Shown: piece by piece, positions 55,913-64,000 of the stretch
Position numbering within the stretch: the first letter of the stretch is position 1
Layout: every line of letters begins with the position of its first letter
Assembly: GCA_965112735.1 (NCBI GenBank)
Contig: OZ218955.1
Location: 1,736,001-1,800,000 of the forward strand
Reading direction: 5' to 3'
Origin: Phaeosaccion multiseriatum
Taxonomy: Eukaryota > Protista > Ochrophyta, other classes
DNA length: 64,000 nucleotides
The notes under the pieces: generated by a model
The model's database searches: none
What the model was told of the DNA's origin: nothing
Seen by the model: only the letters and a program-made list of their open reading frames with translations
Made by a program: the position numbers and the translations under genes

Positions 55913-58900
55913 GCTTGCTCACACGATAACAGGTCAAGGACTAATCGGGACCACCCGTGTGGGTTTACCTGAGTGGACACCACATCCCAAGGGAAGCCTT
56001 CGTTGTGCTCTCCCCCTTCCATCCCTCTCCTCATACGCCCCCTCTCACTACAATTCCAAAACAGACAGGCCAGACTCTACCCCAGATCCTGCCCCACGGA
56101 CTCGTACTTCGCCTTCTGCACTCACTCACTCACTCACTCACTCACTCACTCACTCACTCACTCACTCACTCACCCACTCACTCACTCACTCACTCACTCA
56201 CTCACTCACTCAGTCACTCAGTCACTCAGTCACTCAGTCACTCAGTCACTCACTCACTCACTCACTCACTCACTCACTCACTCACTCACTCACTCACTCA
56301 CTCACCGGCCAACAACTCGAGAGAGACGAGGTTCCTCTCCTTGGGCTTTTCTTCCTTCTTCCTGCGCGGCCCCTTCTCCTGCTCCTCCTTCTCCTTCTCC
56401 TCATCATCATCATTATCATCATCACCATCGTCTTGAGTAACTTTGGCGGCGGCGGCAGAGGCAGAGAGACGTCTGGCGGCGGAATCCGCTGCCCGCTCTT
56501 CCAGCGACAGAGGAGGAAAGTACGAGGGCTGTACTTGCACTTGTGCGGGCCCTTTCTTGACTTTCTTGGTCGCATCTTCGTAGGCCGTAAGGAGGCCCCA
56601 CATCGTCGGTACTGTTGCCGAAGCCACGAGCAGCCACAGCAGGCGTCTGAGTTCTCGGTGCTGCTGCCGAATGTCCACCACCTGTATGGCAGAGAGAAGA
56701 GGGAGAGGGAGAGAGGGAGGGCAGGGGGGGGGAGGGAGGGAGGGAGAGAGAGAGAGAGAGAGGGAGCGGGATAGAGGGAGGGCGGGAGGGAGAGGGACAG
56801 AGGGAGAGAGGGATAGAGGGAGGGCGGGAGGGGGAGAGGGAGACGGATAGACGGAGAGAGAGAGAGAGAGAGAGAGACGCACTAAGTTGCTTGTCCTCCT
56901 ACTCGTCTCCCCTCTTTCTTACTATACGTGCATCACAACCACACACACACAACCAAACCTCCTATCCTCCTCACCTCGATAAGCCCCCCCTCGCACAGCA
57001 ATTGCCCGAGCCGCTCGACGATGACCGCTTCGTAGCCAAAGTCCCTCCAGCAGCTGCCCCTATCACTGCGGTTGCCGCTACTGCTACTACTGCTACTGCT
57101 GCTGCTGCTGCTGCTGTTGCCAGCCTCCCTGCTGCCGCCAGCGGTACGACTGCCGAAATGTGAGCAGTCCTTCTTTCCTCCCGCACTGCTGTTGCTGTTC
57201 GTGTCCTTTTCCCCTTCAAGCGGCAGGCCCATGGAGCTGAGCTCTTCCCGGAGCAGCGTCCTGAGGTGCAAGGTCTCCTCCTCGCTCTGCTCAGCTACCA
57301 CCTCAGTAGCTTCCGCCAACGAGGGCGAAGAAGGCCACTGACGGTGGGCGTCCTCGAGCCCCGGCGTCAATGGAGATGATTCCATAGAGTATCCTCCTCC
57401 TCCTCCTCCTCCTCCTCCTCCTCCTCCACTGCCCCACGCCTTGGCATCATCCATATCAGCATCATCATTGTGTCCGTTCGCATTCACGTCTCTTTCTTCT
57501 TGTGCTGCTGCTGCCTCCTCTCTGGTCCCTCCTGCTGACACGCCCTGCAAACCCGCAGCGTCCCTCTCACAATCACCAGTCCTATCGTCACCTCGGCGAT
57601 GCACCTCATCCCCCCCACCGTTCACGCGCTCCTCCTGCCCTTGCTGCCCTTGCTGCCCTTGCTGCTCATGAGGCTTCTCATGATGCTCGTGCTGTGCAAT
57701 CACGGGCTGTAGGCCCAACGACATGAGGAAGACGTCGTTATCCTTCATCTTTGCCACACGCGCCCGTTGGTACTCCGAAATCGACCCCCCCCCTTGGTGG
57801 AACTTCTTCTGCTCCTCCTCCTCCTCCTCCACTCCCGCTCCCTTCTCTTCGGTCTGGTCCACCTCCATGATGCTCGCCCCAATCTCCTCTGACGCCATTC
57901 TTGCCTGCTTCTCCTCCTCTCTCCGCTTCCATTCCGCTTCTTCCCTCGCTGCATCCTCCTCTTCCCTCGCCTTCCTTCTTCTTTCCAGCAGCCTCTCCAT
58001 CACATCCTTCTCTGCACTGGCCCTTCCCCCCCGCATGTACCCTTTCACCAACACCATCAATCGGTCCCCTTTCTCCTTCCACTCCCGTACTTGCTCGGCG
58101 ATAATCTCAATGTAGGTTGCCACCTTTATCGACTGAATTGGGAGCTCGGACGCCGCTTCCACTGTTTTTGGTTAAAGATGGAACGAGCGGCAGGCGAGTG
58201 GGGGAAGGGAGGAAGGGATTTTAGAACATGTTGTGTTTCAAAGTTGGTATACAACTGCGCAGCAGCCGGGGGCGGCAAAACACTCAAACCTCCATGAATC
58301 GTCGCTCTCTCTCTCTCTCTCTGTGCTACATCGGACGGAAAGTTTCTCTTCCCCCACCCCAGACAACCCATTTCTATCTTTGCCAGCCCCGCCCAACTAA
58401 CCACACTCACTTACCCACGCTCTCCAGCTCCCCTGGTGTAGGCCGATTCACGTGAGTGCTAAAGAGCCCTGGAGGAGCGGGCATGCCCAGACAACAACCC
58501 GTCCCTTCCTTGTGTCGGCACATGGGGCAGATGAAGCGATGGTCCTTGTTTCCCATGTCCCTCTTTCGAACCTGTGGTGGGCGGGGTCGCCAGCCAACAA
58601 CGAGGAGGAGGGGGAAGGGGGGAGGAGAGCAAAGGTATGTGACGAAGGGGAGAGTAAGCTGTGTAGAGGGGATACACGAGGCATATGGGTGGGGCAGGTT
58701 AGAGGTATATGGGTTGGACAGGGTGGAGGTGTATGGGGGATGCCAGCATGTCATGTATATACGGGAAGGGATAAAGGCGGGAACGTAGCGGGGAGGCACT
58801 CAATGCGCGGCCTCTGCCCCATACTATTTCTTCCGCGGCTTTCCCAAAGCATCAAAATATACCTTGGCCCCTTCCTTTCCGCTCCTACACAGAGGAGAGA

Positions 58901-60753
58901 AGAGACAGCACCTACCCTCCCTCCCTCCCTCCCTCCGTCCGTCCGTCCCAACAATCAACCACCTCGTCCTTCACCCTCCCCTCCTGCTCGTACGACCAAC
59001 ACATGCATGTGGACCGCCGACCCTCACTACTCGCCTGCTCGTGTACGCAGATGGGGTGAAACCAGCGCCGACAGTCATCGCACTTGATGAGCAGCCTGGT
59101 CTTGGAGGCCCCCTCTGTGAGTCGGCACAGGCAGTGCAGGGTGTGCTCATCACTGTCGCTGACGTCACTTTCGTTGCCGTCGCCGTCTTGTCCCTCCACC
59201 CCCCTTGCGCCGCTCCGGGCCTTGGCTTTTCTTTCCTCTCCGCCCTTTGACCGCTTTGGACCTATTGTACCGCACCACCCAGGAACAAGCAGGACAGGCG
59301 TCCAGCAAGGTGTCAAGCAAGGTGTCAAGCAAGCAAGCTGTCAAGAAAAATCAAGAAGCAAGAATCGTAATCATCGACTTCTGAGCGAGGGAGCGAAAGA
59401 GCAATCGAACAACTTCACTCCACTCCCCCTCTACACTCCATTCTACCCTCTCCACAAACCAGGAGCGCTCGCCAAGCCAATTCCATCAAACACAAAGGTT
59501 TATACGTACTACTGTTGTATGTATCTCACCTTCACCCTCCGTCGGTTTCGGCAATCTGCGTTTCCGCTTGAAAGAGCTCCCTGCTCTCTCCATCTCCTGC
59601 TGCGCCTCCGCCGCTGCAACCTCTCGATCCTTCCTGTCTTTGGCCTCCTTCTTCTTCCTCTCTCTCGCCTCCTTCTCCTGCTTCGCCTTGCGAACGAGTC
59701 CAAACGCCGCAACTTCCTCCGCCTTGACCTCCAGAGCATCAAGGCATTGTGTCTCTATGCCGAAGTCCTGCAATTTATTCAGAATTGACCTTCGCCCCTC
59801 TGGCCCTCGCCTCCCCCTTCCTCGCTTGCTGGCCTTGCCTCCTGTCGTGCTACCTCCGTCACTCGGTAGAGGGGCAGGCAGTGGGCCTTCCCCTCCCTCC
59901 ACCTTTATCCTCATCACCCTGCATGTTCTTTCCGCCCATCGCTCCACCTGGTGATACACGACATGCCATTTGTAACATTTGCAGAGGAACGAAAGACCCA
60001 AGAACACGAGCAAGAGCAAGGCGTGCACAGAAGGAGAGGAGGAGGAGGAGGTGATAGGATACACCCATCAGTCAAGGGTAGACATCCAAAAACCAACCAA
60101 CCCAAACCCACCCACCCACCCACCCATCCTCCCTCCCTCCTCCCCTCTCTTCCTTTACCTCCACGAGCAGTGCCGGCATGAGCTCCACGCCAGGCACCAC
60201 GACGGGGGCCACTGCCTTGGCATCATACAAGGCCCCCACCACTTGGTTCATGTGCGGTCTCTCCAGGATGGGGTCTGGCATGGGGAGAGGGACGAGATGC
60301 GATGACTTCGAGCTGTCCAGGGAGGGACCAAGGGCCATGGCAAGAGCGGCGGGTGGGCCTTCCCTTTCCCCTTCCTCTCTATGCACAGCTCCTCGTCCAA
60401 GTGCCCTGCTTGCTACTCTCTCCCCCGCTGGTGCTGCTGGTGGCGCTGCTGTCATTCCTGCTGTTTCCGACGCTGCGTGTTGTTGTCCCTCGTTGGTGCC
60501 CTCACCTTCACCCCGCCGCTCCCCATCTCCAGTCCCCTCATCCCCCGCCACGTGGCCCGCCGCCCACAGGTCCACATTCACGCCATTGGCCTTGGCAGCC
60601 CTCAACACGCTGGCCACTGTCGTCGCCGCATTTGTGGCCCTGGTCAGGAGGCGTTGAGCTACTTGCACTTCACGAACTGTCACCTCTCGAGGGGCACATG
60701 CGACGAGCTGCTCCAGATCCACGAGGCTGACGGGGCGCGGTTGGAATTGCTCT

Positions 60754-60791
<38 letters not shown>

Positions 60792-62770
60792 TTCCTCCCC
60801 TTCTTTATCTTCTTCGTCCTCCTCCTCCTGCTCATCTCCGTCTGGCTTACTCTCCTCCTTCTCGTTGTCTTCTCCTCCCCGCTCATCACCATCTTCCTCG
60901 GCCGCTTCGCCCCCTCTTCCGGTCCCGTCGGAAACGTCCATACTTGCTACACCGTTCGGCAAAGCTTCCATTTCAACCCCCTCTTCCAAGCCATTCCCAC
61001 TCGCACCTCCTCCTCCCCCTCCTCCGCAAACCTCAACCATTACATCGTCGTCTTGCCCACCCCCAGCTTCATGCCCTTGTCCCGCTGGCGCATCCTCCTC
61101 ACCCTCCATGTCCACGTCTTTGGTGTTCACGTCGCCTTCCCCCACCCCTTCGTCTTCGTCTTCACTCCGGGCTTCCTCCTCTCCTTCCGCTTCCTCCTTC
61201 CTCACTGGCTCCATGCAAAACAAGTTTGCTCTCTTCTCCAACCATGTCTCTCCGTCCCTCATGAGCTGCCTCAAGCAGATGATCTCTCGCCCCACTCCAA
61301 AGCCTTCCTTGTAGGCTGCTTCCCACCCCTCTCGCGCACCACCATCATCATCTTCTTCTTCCTCTTCCTTCCTACCCTCCTCGCCTTCGTCTATTCCTCC
61401 TCCTCCTCCTCCTTCTTCTTGTTGTTGTTCACTTTGCCCTGGCCCCCCTCCCCCATTCGACTGCTCTCCTACTGCAGCAACAGCCCTCCGATGAGTCTCC
61501 AGCTTCTCCTGTACCCTCTTCCTCGTCTTGCTATCAAGGTAGGCATCAATCGTCGCCAGAACGTGAGGATCCACCCCAAAGATCTCCTCTGCGTCCTCCA
61601 CGAGCTGAGCCACTTCTGAAAAAGCCGGCCGAGCCTGTGCTAGAACCTTACATGTTGAAGCCACGACACGGATGCAGATTGGATGATGATGAAGAGGCAA
61701 GGGAGGGGGTGGTTAGAATGGGAGTGATTGGAATTCTGAGTGTGAGTGCGGTGCTATGAGCGGTCTCCAGGCAGATCGAAGGATTAGGCACGTACGTCCA
61801 TGAAGGAGGGTGCGGGGAGGGGAGGGGAGGAGGTGGTAACTGTGTGAAAGATAGGGGATGAAGTGATGACTACCAAGACTCTTGTAGCAGAGAGCGAGAG
61901 AGAGAGTATGTCTGACGGAACGGGGAAAGAAAGCGAGGCAGCATCACCACATACAACGCCGCCGAGGAGGAGGAGGAGGAAAAGGAGGAGAGGAGGAAAG
62001 GAGGGGGGGGAGGAGGAGGACGAGGAGGCCGAGAGCACGTCAATCATGTGCGTGCCTGAGGTGCCCTGAGCCACGGCCCGCTCTCCCTCCCTCCCCACCC
62101 TTCGTCCTCCGTGCCGCGCACGTACCTTATGTGCGGCTTGCCTCCAGCTCTCGGGCGCCGTGACCACCACCTGCACCGTCCCTCCGATGAAGCCGCTGCA
62201 GTTGTCTGCCCCGCACAGACACACTTGCCGTTTCACCAAGCCTCCAAGAGTATCTGCATTATAGTTGTACTCGAGCTCTGCTCCGTTCCATTACACGATA
62301 CCATGGGTGAAAGGGGGGTGGGTGGTGGGGTGGGGAAGGATGGGAGGTTGGACGCGAGAAGGTAGTAATGATTCAATGGGGAGTGGTATGTATGCCATTG
62401 TCTCTACTTCTCCCCCTCCCCTTCCTCCTCCTCCTCCTCCTCCACCACCACCACCACCCCCACCACCACCCCATCTCCCCTTCCTCCTTCCATTCCCTCA
62501 CCTTCTCCCTCCTCGAGGTCTCTGAGCGCCGCAAGCACCACCCTTGGCTCCCCCTGCACGTTCCACTTTTGCAGCTGACAGTTGGGGTCGCAGCTGTGGT
62601 TGGCGAAGCGGGCTTCACTGCCCATGGGTGCCGCATCCAACACCAAATTACCGTCGAGAGAGGCAAAGTAAAAGTCTTTGGTTTGACCCTCGGTGCCCAC
62701 CAAGCCCAGCCTCTGTCTGCACTCCTCTACGTCGATCACCTCCCCCAAATACTCGCCTGCAGCAAAAGCA

Positions 62771-62815
<45 letters not shown>

Positions 62816-63705
62816 CACAGCAGCAACAGCACAGGAGGCACCACAAGAGGCCGGAGGGTGGGGGGTTACAGAAGTTAGCTCAGCTGCTTTAAATTGGACA
62901 ATAATGTGGAGTGCGGCAGTGCAGGAGAAGCAACACCCCGGTGCGATTAACTCACTCAGCATGGTTCCAGCAGGGACGGGCCTTTTCTCAGTGAGGCGAA
63001 GCGCCCACCCTCTGCCGTTGTCGGTTCGAAACACCTCGGTGGCAGGGAATGATCGTCGCTGTAGAGCCGTGTTGGCGCAGTAGCGCTTCTCGTTGGTGGT
63101 GCTGCTGTTGTTGGCTTTGGTCGCCTTGGGCCCTCTATTGTTGGGGCCGTCAGGGCCGATGGAGGGGCAGCGATCAGGCACACACTCCATGAATAGCTGC
63201 AACACGCACACACACACGCACACACACACAAGGAAGAACGGGCAACGGCAATAGCAACATCATTGCACAGGGTCAAGGCAGTAGCAGCAGCAGGAGCGAG
63301 CAGCAGAAGCAGCAGCAGCAGCAAGTTGGGCGATGATCAGTGCATATCGGGTGTAGCAAGGGAAGTGAGTAAAAGGGAAGGCGGGATGGGAGCGGAGCTC
63401 TCTCTCCCTCCCTCTCTCTCTCACACACACGCTCTCTCTCTCTTCCTCCCTCTCCCTCCCTCTCTCCTCTCTCACACACACCCTCTCTCTCTCTTCCTCC
63501 CTCTCCCTCCCTCTCTCCTCTCTCACACGCACGCTCTCTCTCCCTCTCCCTCCCTCTCTCCTCTCTCACTTGTCGGTTGATACAATCGGAGCTACATCCC
63601 GTGGCCGGGGTGCAGGAGCACTGGGGGGCATCGTCCTCCGGTATAGAAGCCTTGCTGATGGCCGCGTTGTTCTTGGGGTACAGATTGGACTTGAGCTTCC
63701 TGTAC
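52348..63705 (-). CDS. AWS-SET-postSET histone methyltransferase (NSD/ASH1/SETD2 class) followed by a PLU-1-like helical region and PHD fingers; 5' end likely outside the window
   Basis: AWS region [12 protein letters not shown]...[20 protein letters not shown]...[12 protein letters not shown] region GRGWAL...EYLGEVID...[12 protein letters not shown]...ELEYNY. Post-[16 protein letters not shown]. PHDs HCLCR...[15 protein letters not shown]...FICPMC and FCVCR...[16 protein letters not shown]...YICIAC. Q-rich last exon ends at 52348. Confidence 0.85.
56119..56304. repeat. (CACT)n array, read on the coding strand as tandem GTGAGT donor-like motifs at an intron start
   Basis: The minus strand reads CCG|GTGAGTGAGTGAGT... 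for ~185 bp. Confidence 0.9.
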
Positions 63706-64000
63706 GGGGGGGGCTGAGGTGGTGCCACGTACGTGTGTGTGTGTGTGTGTGTTTCATTGCGGGAGAACACGGGGAAGAGCAAAAGGGTAGGAGATGAGAA
63801 CGGTGGCTGCCCCGGAGCAAGAGCGATAGAGTGTGTGGGGAAATTCTGCACATGCGCCTGCACTCAATGGCAGACAAACCCAAGCCTGATAGGCTGTGCT
63901 TGCTACTAGGCTGTGCATGTCACTACCCTTTATGTCCGTTCGTCCCTCCCTCCCTCCCACCCTTCGCTCCGCTCCCTTCCCTGCAAAGTGCAAAAGGACG

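Overview
GC-rich, intron-rich, microsatellite-laden eukaryotic DNA, most likely a stramenopile alga (inferred from a bZIP-PAS factor of the diatom/brown-algal type and the gene style). Spliced host genes reconstructed by hand: a divergent HSF-type transcription factor, a Trp-periodic coiled-coil (Sfi1/CCDC191-like) protein, a very large pseudokinase-IQ-2xFN3 protein, a large coiled-coil/His-rich protein, LENG8/THP3 (SAC3 family), a bZIP-PAS factor with a GC-AG intron, and the 3' part of an AWS-SET-postSET methyltransferase carrying a KDM5-like PLU-1/PHD tail. Between 29.6 and 43.3 kb lies an accessory island poor in microsatellites. It holds a possible decayed Fanzor/TnpB remnant, an FNIP-repeat gene, and three tandem mosaic ankyrin genes (14, 11 and 13 repeats) whose variation is concentrated at the ligand-binding positions randomised in DARPins. 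Other notable signals: a dispersed 15-mer CAGTTGGTGATACAG on both strands, in exons (several frames) and introns; a 25-bp double-ACGT element shared by two distant upstream regions; and a palindrome-rich, TA-flanked MITE. Most long ORFs in the supplied track are microsatellite or antisense artefacts. All gene models and motif counts were made by eye.
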